Below are positions 10,277 through 19,228 of a stretch of 64,000 nt of DNA, piece by piece. The DNA lies in the IMG/VR virus record IMGVR_UViG_3300025395_000007; one strand, given 5' to 3'. The translations under genes were made by a program, and so were the position numbers. The stretch's first letter is position 1; each line of letters starts with the position of its first letter. The notes beneath the pieces are model-generated. The model was not told where the DNA came from and did no database searches. It was given only the letters and a program-made list of their open reading frames with translations. The DNA is from a virus.

Positions 10277-10843
10277 ATGTCAATAATAATAGACGGTACA
10301 AATGGTATTACATTTCCAGATACAAGTAATCAAACAGCAGCTGTTGTAATTGGAACTTCTAATATTGTTCCATCTGGTGTAGTTCTTCCATTTGCAGGCA
10401 GTGCAGCTCCAACAGGTTGGTTACTAGCGTATGGTCAACCTGTAAGTCGTACAACTTATTCTTCTTTATTCACTGCTATTAGCACTACATATGGTACAGG
10501 TGATGGTTCGACGACATTTAACCTTCCAGATCTTCGCGGTCGTGCAGTTGCTGGCGTTGATAATATGGGCGGTAGTGCTGCAAATCGTCTTACATCTGGC
10601 GGCTCTGGTATCACAGGAACCACCCTCGGTGCATCGGGTGGTGCTGAAACATTTACAATTACAACAACTCAAATGCCAAGTCACAGTCACAATCTTGGCG
10701 TTGGTGGTAGCGTAGGCGGTACTGCCAATGGTTATTATCCGCAGTCAGTTACTGGATCCTTAACGACTCAATCTGCAGGCAGTGGTGGCGCATCTAATGT
10801 AACTCAACCAACTATAGTTATTAACTATATCATCAAAACATAA
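10277..10843 (+). CDS. Phage tail collar domain protein
   Basis: PSGVVLPFAGSAAPTGWL...SRTTYSSLF.AI.TTYG.GDGSTTFNLPDLRGR and C-terminal QPT...NYIIK. Confidence 0.9.
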   Translation: MSIIIDGTNGITFPDTSNQTAAVVIGTSNIVPSGVVLPFAGSAAPTGWLLAYGQPVSRTTYSSLFTAISTTYGTGDGSTTFNLPDLRGRAVAGVDNMGGSAANRLTSGGSGITGTTLGASGGAETFTITTTQMPSHSHNLGVGGSVGGTANGYYPQSVTGSLTTQSAGSGGASNVTQPTIVINYIIKT

Positions 10844-10852
10844 GAGGATATC

Positions 10853-11068
10853 ATGAGAGTAACAGTAATATTTCCTGATAATTCAATTGGTGTAGATGGT
10901 CAATTCAAACATCTAGATAAAGTAACTCCAACAGATGCAAACTGGAGAGTTATACAGTGGTATGATACATATGGAAACATCGAAGTATATCAAGGCGATC
11001 GTATTTGGCTTGATGATATAACTCTTGTACAGCCATACGTTGATCAATGGAATTCTGCAAATACTTAA
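10853..11068 (+). CDS. Small hypothetical protein, possible fibre chaperone
   Basis: GAGG RBS; IQWYD..G.IE motif. Confidence 0.65.
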   Translation: MRVTVIFPDNSIGVDGQFKHLDKVTPTDANWRVIQWYDTYGNIEVYQGDRIWLDDITLVQPYVDQWNSANT

Positions 11069-11078
11069 GGACTAATTA

Positions 11079-12170
11079 ATGTCGATTATTGTCGTTGATA
11101 AACTATCATCTAATAATGTGTTATCGACAAATAGTATTGTTTATGCAACAAATACTAATGCAGCTACCATCAACACAACAGCTATAGCTTTACCTAATAT
11201 ATCATCAACCTTAGCATTGTCTCCAAATACAATAAGTGCATATGGTTCTAATGCTACTAGTGTACAAGGCGGTGGTATAACTATAAACACAACTGCTATA
11301 TCAGTTGGTAATTCTTCAGCCAATATAATAATAAAAGGTCAAATTAGTACACCTACGATTTATGTTGGTGGATTTGTTAATTCTGCTGCTTGGAATGGTC
11401 CGTTTACAGCGTTTAATTATGATTATACTCTTTTTGCAGCTAATGCTATTGGTAATAATGGCATTAGTGTTTCACCTGTCATGTTTCCAACTAATACAGA
11501 GACTGTTAATACTCAAATATTTACTGCAAATGGAACTTGGACTGCACCTTCTTGGGCAACAACTGGTTACGAGCTCGTATTCGTTCATATGTGGGGCGGT
11601 GGTGGTGGTGGAAACACAGGCTTAGGTGGCGGTGGCGGTGCTTTTGTTTATGGAATTTATACTATGAGTCAATTAGCAAATGCTTCATACACTGTAACAG
11701 TTGGTTCTGGTGGAGCCGCAGGAGTTGCTGGTGGCAATTCTAGTTTTAATACTGCTGGATCACAAGTTCCAACTTTAACTGCTTATGGCGGCGGACCTGC
11801 TAATACTACAGTGGTCGGCGGCGGAGGTGGATGGTTTGGAGCGGGTAGCGCAGGAACTGGTGGTGGACCCCTTGGGGGAAATAATTCAGCAATAAATAGT
11901 TCTTCAACTTTTGGTGGCGGTGGAGCTAATACTAATGGTACAGAAAGCCGAAATTCTATTTACGGTGGCGCTGCAGGTGGTACATCATCTCCAGGTATTT
12001 CAATATATGGTGGCGGTGGCGGCGGTAGTACAGGAATAGGATCTTCAGTGTACGGAGGATTTGGTGGGAATGGTTCAGTATCTGCTACTACACCAGGAGG
12101 CGGTGGTGGTGCAAATAATGCAGGCGCTCGCGGTGAAGTACGTATTTACACCATAAGGAAATTATATTAA
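11079..12170 (+). CDS. Glycine-rich domain virion protein
   Basis: FTANGTWT.P...WGGGGGG...GARGEVR architecture. Confidence 0.75.
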   Translation: MSIIVVDKLSSNNVLSTNSIVYATNTNAATINTTAIALPNISSTLALSPNTISAYGSNATSVQGGGITINTTAISVGNSSANIIIKGQISTPTIYVGGFVNSAAWNGPFTAFNYDYTLFAANAIGNNGISVSPVMFPTNTETVNTQIFTANGTWTAPSWATTGYELVFVHMWGGGGGGNTGLGGGGGAFVYGIYTMSQLANASYTVTVGSGGAAGVAGGNSSFNTAGSQVPTLTAYGGGPANTTVVGGGGGWFGAGSAGTGGGPLGGNNSAINSSSTFGGGGANTNGTESRNSIYGGAAGGTSSPGISIYGGGGGGSTGIGSSVYGGFGGNGSVSATTPGGGGGANNAGARGEVRIYTIRKLY

Positions 12171-13207
12171 TGTCATCAGTAAACGTAGATACTATCTATT
12201 CAGGTACAGTTGCAACTAATAGTTTGTCATATGGTAATACATCAGGTAATTTGCAAATACAATATAATTCTTCTTCTTTAGTTGTAGGTTCAAATCTTAT
12301 AATTAATAGCTCAAATATTTTAATCAATAGCACTGCAATTTATGTTGGTAATAGTTCTGTTAATACTACTATAACTGCAGATGGTTTAACAACAAATAGT
12401 ATTATCATTAATGGTACTACATATAATACTTTTCCAACATTTGCAAATACAATAAATTATCAAGTATTTACTGCAAATGGAACTTGGACAAAACCATCTA
12501 ATGCTGGTCCAAATGATCTTGTTACTATTATGGCATGGGGAGGTGGTGGAGGTGGAGGTGGAACTACCTCAGGAAAAGCTGGTGGCGGTGGCGCATGTGT
12601 CGTAGTTAACCTTTTAGCATCTCAATGTAACGCAGTTTGTAATGTTGTTGTAGGATCTGGTGGAGCAAATGGTGGCGCTGTTGTAAATAATGGAGCTGCA
12701 GGACAATCATCAATATTCTACGCCAACTCTGTAGTTCCAACAATTATAACTGCATATGGTGGTGGCGGTGGAAGTGGAAATACTACTGCAGGAGCTTCAG
12801 GTAGTGGTGGTGGATGGTTTTCTACTGGAAGTACACCTTCTAGTACTACTGATGGAACTGCTCAAATTGGAGGTGGTCCTATTGGAGGAAATGGTACTAT
12901 ATTTGATTCTACATTTGGTGGTGGATTTGGAGCAAATAGTTCATTAAATGGCGGTGCTGGTGGTAATTCAATATATGGCGGTGGCGGTGGCGGTAGATCA
13001 TCAGGAGTTGGTGGTTCTTCTATCTATGGCGGTGGCGGTGGCGCGACAAGCGGCTCTACTGGTACATCTAATTTTGGCGGAAATGGCGGAAACTCTTCAG
13101 TACTAGCAACAACTCCAGGCGGTGGCGGTGGCGGTGGCCAAGGCTTAGTGAATGGATTTACAGGTGCTCGCGGTGAAGTTCGCGTTTGGATACAACACGT
13201 AGGATAA
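12170..13207 (+). CDS. Glycine-rich domain virion protein (paralog)
   Basis: Same architecture as 11079..12170. Confidence 0.75.
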   Translation: MSSVNVDTIYSGTVATNSLSYGNTSGNLQIQYNSSSLVVGSNLIINSSNILINSTAIYVGNSSVNTTITADGLTTNSIIINGTTYNTFPTFANTINYQVFTANGTWTKPSNAGPNDLVTIMAWGGGGGGGGTTSGKAGGGGACVVVNLLASQCNAVCNVVVGSGGANGGAVVNNGAAGQSSIFYANSVVPTIITAYGGGGGSGNTTAGASGSGGGWFSTGSTPSSTTDGTAQIGGGPIGGNGTIFDSTFGGGFGANSSLNGGAGGNSIYGGGGGGRSSGVGGSSIYGGGGGATSGSTGTSNFGGNGGNSSVLATTPGGGGGGGQGLVNGFTGARGEVRVWIQHVG

Positions 13208-13211
13208 TAAC

Positions 13212-14789
13212 ATGGAATTAGATGTATCAAATGTAAACGTCAATACGGTAATTACTAGCACACCATTAAATATTAATGGGTTATATCTTGACAATGACAC
13301 AACAATTGGATCAAATGTTCAACTTGCAAGTTCTCTTGGTAGTGGTCTGCTTGGTTATCAATATAATTTCGGAGCCGCATTATACGGAGCTTCTTGGAAT
13401 GATATTTTCACATATAGTCTTCAGCCCAATAACGTATCTTATTTTACTGATTTAGATTTTAGATCTTTTGCAAATGGCGCACCATATAGTGCAGATAGTA
13501 CATATATGTTTACTGGATATTTTTTAGCTCCAGTTAGTGGTAATTGGAATTTTAATGTTACTGGGGATGGTGCTAGTGTATTTAATATGTGGGTTGGCGC
13601 CAATGCTGGGCTAGGCGTTGCTAATAGTTCTAATTATTTTTTAGATACCAGTAAATCTGTTACTGGCGCTAATATCTATATGAATAATCAATATCAAAAT
13701 AATTATTTTAATATTAAATTTACTGCAGGTGTATATACTCCTGTAAGAATATTATTGGGTACATACGTATCATCTGGATTTACTTTATCATTTGCTCCTC
13801 CAAATAATATAGCTACATCTAAATTTGGAACTAATTTAACTGGATATTTTTTCAATGATGCACCATATGTTAGAGTAGGTGCAGGAACATATGGCCAAAT
13901 TAATTCATATTCTAGTACATACAATACTTCAAATGCAAGTATAATAACTGCAAATTCAATTTCAGTTCCTACCCTTACCCTTGGTGGATTAACTTGGAAT
14001 GGTATTAATTTTCCTGGAGGCATGGGAGGTATTGTCAATACCCAATATGTTACTACAACTGGTAACTGGATAAATCCATTAAATGATGTTACTAATCCAA
14101 TACAACCTCTATTAACTGGTAATGAGCAAGTTTTAGTTATGTTGTGGGGTGCTGGTGGTGGAGCTTCTACTAATGGTGGTTATATCAATTGTGGTGGCGG
14201 TGGTGCCTTTGCTATGGGAACTTATAAACTTTCTGATTTATCTAGTTCAGTTTATGTTACAGTAGGAACAGGTGGAGCTGATGGGGGTCACAGCCAAGGT
14301 GGTGATGGTGGATATTCTCAATTTTTTGGGAATGGTAATATACTTTATGCTTATGGTGGCGGTGGCGGTGTTGAAGCCTCAACATCTGGAACAAGTGGAG
14401 CTGGTGGAGGTTTAATTTCTGCAGCCAGTACAAATACAGCAGGTGGACCATTAGGTGGAGCAGTGGCCACTAGTGGTGTTAACGGAGGCGACTCGACATT
14501 TGGTGGTGGTGGATCTGCATGGGCCAATACTAATGGAAATTATGGAAACGCTGGTTCTTCTGTTTATGGCGGTGGTGGTGGCGGACAATGGCTTACGAAT
14601 AAAAGTAGTTATCCAGGAAATTCTATATATGGTGGTGGCGGTGGTTCGGTAAACACTGTAATAAGTACTTCTATTTTTGGTGGCGCGGGTGGAAATAATT
14701 CATTTGCTCCTCTGACTCCTGGAGGCGGCGGTGGCGGTATACAAAAAAATGGCGCGGATGGCCAAGTTCGTATTTGGGTAATCAGGTAA
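13212..14789 (+). CDS. Glycine-rich virion protein with inserted PA14/GLEYA-like domain
   Basis: FTGYFLAPVSGNWNF...D....MWVG...FTAGVYTPVRI segment followed by the Gly-rich domain. Confidence 0.7.
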   Translation: MELDVSNVNVNTVITSTPLNINGLYLDNDTTIGSNVQLASSLGSGLLGYQYNFGAALYGASWNDIFTYSLQPNNVSYFTDLDFRSFANGAPYSADSTYMFTGYFLAPVSGNWNFNVTGDGASVFNMWVGANAGLGVANSSNYFLDTSKSVTGANIYMNNQYQNNYFNIKFTAGVYTPVRILLGTYVSSGFTLSFAPPNNIATSKFGTNLTGYFFNDAPYVRVGAGTYGQINSYSSTYNTSNASIITANSISVPTLTLGGLTWNGINFPGGMGGIVNTQYVTTTGNWINPLNDVTNPIQPLLTGNEQVLVMLWGAGGGASTNGGYINCGGGGAFAMGTYKLSDLSSSVYVTVGTGGADGGHSQGGDGGYSQFFGNGNILYAYGGGGGVEASTSGTSGAGGGLISAASTNTAGGPLGGAVATSGVNGGDSTFGGGGSAWANTNGNYGNAGSSVYGGGGGGQWLTNKSSYPGNSIYGGGGGSVNTVISTSIFGGAGGNNSFAPLTPGGGGGGIQKNGADGQVRIWVIR

Positions 14790-14790
14790 C

Positions 14791-14798
14791 TATAAATA
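14791..14798 (+). promoter_or_regulatory. T4-type late promoter
   Basis: TATAAATA upstream of gp13. Confidence 0.8.
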
Positions 14799-14819
14799 GA
14801 ATAAAAACAGGAGTTACTA

Positions 14820-15557
14820 ATGGCGCTACCAACAAGCAGACCTCAATTTAAAGAATATTGCCTTCGTAAACTCGGTAAACCTGTCATTGAAATTAACGTC
14901 GATGATGATCAGGTAGAAGATCGTATTGATGAAGCTCTACGTTATTTCTGGGATTATCATTTCGATGGCTCAGATAAAATTTATTATAAGCATCAAGTAA
15001 GCGCACAAGACATAACTAATCGTTATGTTACTATGCCAGACAATATTATTGGTGTTGTTAATATTTTTGAAATTGGTCAAGCTCTTAATACCAACAACCT
15101 ATTCAACATTCGTTATCAGATCGCATTAAACGATCTGTATACGCTTACATCTGTTTCTATGGTTCCATATTATATGGCTATGCAGCATGTACAGTTCCTT
15201 GAACAAATGCTTGTCGGTAAACAGCCCCTAAGATATAACCGTCACCAAAATCAATGTTTTATTGATATGGATTGGAATATCATCAACGTTGGTGATTATC
15301 TAATTATTGAAGCATATCAAATCGTAGATCCAGACTTATTCACACGTTGTTGGGGTGATCGTTGGTTATCACGTTATGCTGAATGTCTTATTAAACAACA
15401 ATGGGGTCAAAACTTAAAAAAATTCGAAGGTATGCAAATGCCTGGAGGATTAAAGTTTAATGGTCAAAAAATATATGATGAAGCAACTCAAGAACGTGCA
15501 GAACTTGAGAAAGAAATGATGACTATAACTATACCTGTTTCAGATCAGATAGGTTAA
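14820..15557 (+). CDS. gp13: Neck protein gp13
   Basis: YCLRKLGKPVIEINVDDDQVEDRIDEAL; synteny. Confidence 0.92.
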   Translation: MALPTSRPQFKEYCLRKLGKPVIEINVDDDQVEDRIDEALRYFWDYHFDGSDKIYYKHQVSAQDITNRYVTMPDNIIGVVNIFEIGQALNTNNLFNIRYQIALNDLYTLTSVSMVPYYMAMQHVQFLEQMLVGKQPLRYNRHQNQCFIDMDWNIINVGDYLIIEAYQIVDPDLFTRCWGDRWLSRYAECLIKQQWGQNLKKFEGMQMPGGLKFNGQKIYDEATQERAELEKEMMTITIPVSDQIG

Positions 15558-15561
15558 GTTA

Positions 15562-16284
15562 ATGGCGACTAATTTCTTCTTCAATAATTTTCAATCATCT
15601 CAAGAGCAATTGCTTATTGAGAATTTGATTATTGAATCCATAAAAATTTATGGAGAAGATATGTATTATATTCCACGTCAGCTGAATAACTATGATTCAG
15701 TTTACGGAGCCGACGACCAATCAAGTTATATTCATGCATATCCAATTGAACTGTATATTAAATCGGTTAATGGTTTCTCAGGCGATGGTAATTTTATGTC
15801 TAAATTTGGTCTTGAAATTAGAGACCAAGTTGTATTTTCTATCGCCCAAAGAAGATTTAACGAGGATATCGCATCATATAATGCACAATTAAGACCAAAT
15901 GAAGGCGACCTTATATATTTCCCATTAAATAAAAAATGTTTCCAAATTAAATTTGTATCTAAGTTTGAGATGTTTTATCAGTTAGGTGCATTACAAACAT
16001 GGGAATTAACCTGTGAATTATTCGAATATTCAAATGAAACGATCAATACAGGTATTCCTGAAATTGATATTCTTCAGAAAAAATTCAGCACTAATCAATT
16101 AGATTGGACTATTAAAACTGAATCTGGAGATAGCATTATGACAGAAGATGGTAATTATATAGTTCTTGAAGGTGCTATACTAAACAAACTTCTAGTCGCC
16201 GCAGACAATGATGAAATACAGAAAGAATCAGATATGTTTATTGATTTCAGTTCAAATGATCCTTTCAGTGAAGGTAATGAATAA
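15562..16284 (+). CDS. gp14: Neck protein gp14
   Basis: ESIKIYG...SKFGLEIRD...RPNEGDLIYFP. Confidence 0.92.
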   Translation: MATNFFFNNFQSSQEQLLIENLIIESIKIYGEDMYYIPRQLNNYDSVYGADDQSSYIHAYPIELYIKSVNGFSGDGNFMSKFGLEIRDQVVFSIAQRRFNEDIASYNAQLRPNEGDLIYFPLNKKCFQIKFVSKFEMFYQLGALQTWELTCELFEYSNETINTGIPEIDILQKKFSTNQLDWTIKTESGDSIMTEDGNYIVLEGAILNKLLVAADNDEIQKESDMFIDFSSNDPFSEGNE

Positions 16285-17111
16285 TGTTCGGTCAAACTTT
16301 TTACTTCAGCTTAATTCGTAAATATGTTATACTTATTGGAACTTTATTCAATGATATTCGTATTACAAAAGAGGGCGAATCTGGAGATGAAACAGCTCTT
16401 ATAAAAGTACCTGTTACATATGCTGCCAAAGATAAAATGCTTGCACGTGTTCTTCAAGACCCTAATCTTGATAGACAAACAGCAACAACGACATTACCTA
16501 TGATTTCATTTGAAATGGGCCAGATGAGATATGATGGAACTAGAAAATTAAACACAGTTGGTAGATCAGCTATTTCTAATAGCAATACTTACATGAATTA
16601 TCAATATAATCCAGTTCCATATAATATAGAATTTAAAGTTAGTATCTATGTTAAAAATACAGAAGATGGAACTAAAATTATAGAACAAATACTTCCATTT
16701 TTTACACCAGATTGGACAACTACTGTCAAATTAATTCCTGAGATGGAAATAGTACTAGATATACCAGTGATTTTAAATGATATTAAATATGAAGATAAAT
16801 ATGATGGCGACTTTAAAGAACGTAGAGCAATTATTTGGACTCTTGATTTGCTATTAAAAGGCACATTATATGGACCAGTTAAAAAAGGTGGCGTTATTAA
16901 ATTCGTTGAAGCAAATTTCCTTATACCTGCAAATGTGGATTCTACAGCTGTAGGTAATACTCCAGTTTCTGAATATATTACTATTCAGCCTGGACTTACT
17001 GCCAATGGCACCCCTACATCAAATGCAAGTTTATCTATTCCGTACGAAGAAATATTAGCAACAGACGATTATGGCTTTATTACGGAAATAACTAATGTAA
17101 AACCAAGTTGA
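16284..17111 (+). CDS. gp15: Tail terminator / sheath stabiliser gp15
   Basis: GTLFNDI...KVPVTYA...PVPYN...EQILPFF.P. Confidence 0.92.
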   Translation: MFGQTFYFSLIRKYVILIGTLFNDIRITKEGESGDETALIKVPVTYAAKDKMLARVLQDPNLDRQTATTTLPMISFEMGQMRYDGTRKLNTVGRSAISNSNTYMNYQYNPVPYNIEFKVSIYVKNTEDGTKIIEQILPFFTPDWTTTVKLIPEMEIVLDIPVILNDIKYEDKYDGDFKERRAIIWTLDLLLKGTLYGPVKKGGVIKFVEANFLIPANVDSTAVGNTPVSEYITIQPGLTANGTPTSNASLSIPYEEILATDDYGFITEITNVKPS

Positions 17112-17115
17112 AAAA

Positions 17116-17529
17116 ATGACAAATAATTCTAATAATGATCCTTTAAGTGAAGCTCTTGGAATAAATCCTCTACCAACTAATAGTACGGTACAGAATATTA
17201 TAGCAACAGCCCACAATGATAGTGCGCTCAATGATTTTGAAGCAGCTCGCGCTAATATACACGAAGTAATTCAAAATGGTCAAGAAGCTATATTCAAACT
17301 TGGACAAATTGCAGACAGCTCTCAACACCCAAGAGCGTTTGAAGTATTAGCAAAGCTTATGGATACTATGCTTCAAGCTAATAAAGATCTTCTAGATCTT
17401 CAAACTAAAATTAGAGAAATTAACGCTGTCGATGCACCTACAAATGCACAGGCTAAAAATATAACTAATAATCTTTTTGTCGGTTCTACTGCTGAATTAC
17501 AAAAGGTTATATCTGATATGAAATCATAA
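17116..17529 (+). CDS. gp16: Terminase small subunit gp16
   Basis: HPRAFEV...NNLFVGSTAELQK. Confidence 0.92.
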   Translation: MTNNSNNDPLSEALGINPLPTNSTVQNIIATAHNDSALNDFEAARANIHEVIQNGQEAIFKLGQIADSSQHPRAFEVLAKLMDTMLQANKDLLDLQTKIREINAVDAPTNAQAKNITNNLFVGSTAELQKVISDMKS

Positions 17530-19181
17530 TGTTAACTCCAGATTTAGGTAAAGTAGCCACTGGCTATAATGGTAATACTCTATTAAAACGTGCTAACCAA
17601 CCGATAGAGTGGACACCACAGCTAGTTCAAGAGTACATTAAATGCTCTAAAGATCCAGTATATTTTACTGAGTCTTATATGAAGATCGTAAACGTCGATA
17701 AAGGTCTTATTGGGTTTACACTTTATGATTACCAAAAGGAAATGTTACGTTCCTTTGCTGCTAACCGTTTTAATATTATTACTACGGCTCGTCAGGCGGG
17801 TAAGTCAACTACCACTTGCGCATTTATTCTTTGGTATATTATTTTCCATGCTGATAAAACTGTAGCTCTACTTGCCAACAAAGGCGATACTGCTCGTGAA
17901 ATTCTTGGGCGTATTCAGCTGGCGTATCAACATCTTCCAGTTTGGTTACAACAGGGCATCAAAGAATGGAATAAGGGTTCGATGGAACTCGAAAATGGTT
18001 CAAGAGTTATAGCTTCCGCTACCTCAACAGACGCCATCCGTGGTTATTCGATCAACCTTCTATTCATCGACGAAGCAGCCTTTATCGAAAACTGGGATGA
18101 CTTTTTTACATCGGTTTATCCTACGATTTCTTCTGGTTCTGAATCTAAGATTATTCTCGTTTCAACACCAAATGGGTTAAACCATTTCTATAGTATTTGG
18201 ATTAATGCTATAGAGAAACGCAACCAATACCAAAGTATTCGTGTTGCATGGGAGAATGTTCCTGGAAGAAACGAGGCTTGGAGGCAAGATACTCTTGCTG
18301 CAATGAACTTCGATAATGAGAAATTCAATCAGGAATATTGCTGTGAATTTCTAGGTTCTTCTGGAACTCTCATTGCAGGTTGGAAACTGAAGGAGATGGT
18401 TCACCAAACTCCATTGGTTAATAAAGAAGGATTGGCTCAGTATTTCCAACCAATTAAAGACCATGTATATATGATGGTGTGTGACGTTTCTCGAGGTAAA
18501 GGTTTAGATTACTCTGCATTCCAATTAATGGATGTCACATCAATGCCTTATCAACAGGCGTGTACATATAGAAATAATCATATTGGCCCTGCTGACTATG
18601 CTGAAGTTATACATAGAGTAGCAAAAGCATATAATAATGCATCAGTTCTTGTTGAAGTAAATGATATTGGTGAGCAGGTTGCTCATACTCTACACTATGA
18701 TTTGGGATATGAAAGTGTTCTCTTTACTGAAAATGCAGGTAGATCAGGTAAACGTATTACCAGCGGTTTCGGTGGAGGTAGCGTAGATAAAGGTATTCGT
18801 ACTACAAAAATTGTTAAATCAATTGGTTGTTCTATTTTAAAATTATTAATAGAACAAAATCAGCTTTTGATTAACGACTTTCATACTATTCATGAGTTTT
18901 CTACTTTCTCTAAGAAAGCTAACTCGTTTGAAGCTGAGTCTGGAAAACATGATGACATGGTTATGCCATTGGTGCTATTTGCTTGGCTTTCTGAACAGCA
19001 ATATTTTAAAGACTATACTAACATAAACACTCTCTTATCAATGAAAGAAAAGTCTGACGAAGATCTAGACCAAGACATGGTTCCTTTCGGATTTTTTGAG
19101 GATGGAAGAGATGAATATGATGAAACTATTGAAAAATTTGTGCCTGATAGTTGGATGTGGAATGTAAGAGAAGACTTTTAA
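17529..19181 (+). CDS. gp17: Terminase large subunit gp17
   Basis: Walker A RQAGKST, Walker B LLFIDEAAF, STPNG, nuclease HDD motif. Confidence 0.97.
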   Translation: MLTPDLGKVATGYNGNTLLKRANQPIEWTPQLVQEYIKCSKDPVYFTESYMKIVNVDKGLIGFTLYDYQKEMLRSFAANRFNIITTARQAGKSTTTCAFILWYIIFHADKTVALLANKGDTAREILGRIQLAYQHLPVWLQQGIKEWNKGSMELENGSRVIASATSTDAIRGYSINLLFIDEAAFIENWDDFFTSVYPTISSGSESKIILVSTPNGLNHFYSIWINAIEKRNQYQSIRVAWENVPGRNEAWRQDTLAAMNFDNEKFNQEYCCEFLGSSGTLIAGWKLKEMVHQTPLVNKEGLAQYFQPIKDHVYMMVCDVSRGKGLDYSAFQLMDVTSMPYQQACTYRNNHIGPADYAEVIHRVAKAYNNASVLVEVNDIGEQVAHTLHYDLGYESVLFTENAGRSGKRITSGFGGGSVDKGIRTTKIVKSIGCSILKLLIEQNQLLINDFHTIHEFSTFSKKANSFEAESGKHDDMVMPLVLFAWLSEQQYFKDYTNINTLLSMKEKSDEDLDQDMVPFGFFEDGRDEYDETIEKFVPDSWMWNVREDF

Positions 19182-19228
19182 TAAATAACATAAACAAAAT
19201 TATATTCTCGTTTAAAAGGAGAGAAAAA

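Noticed and set aside
11590-14740. GGTGGCGGT-type repeats as a CRISPR array or DNA-level tandem repeat
   Set aside because: They are glycine codon runs with variable third positions and no repeat-spacer periodicity.
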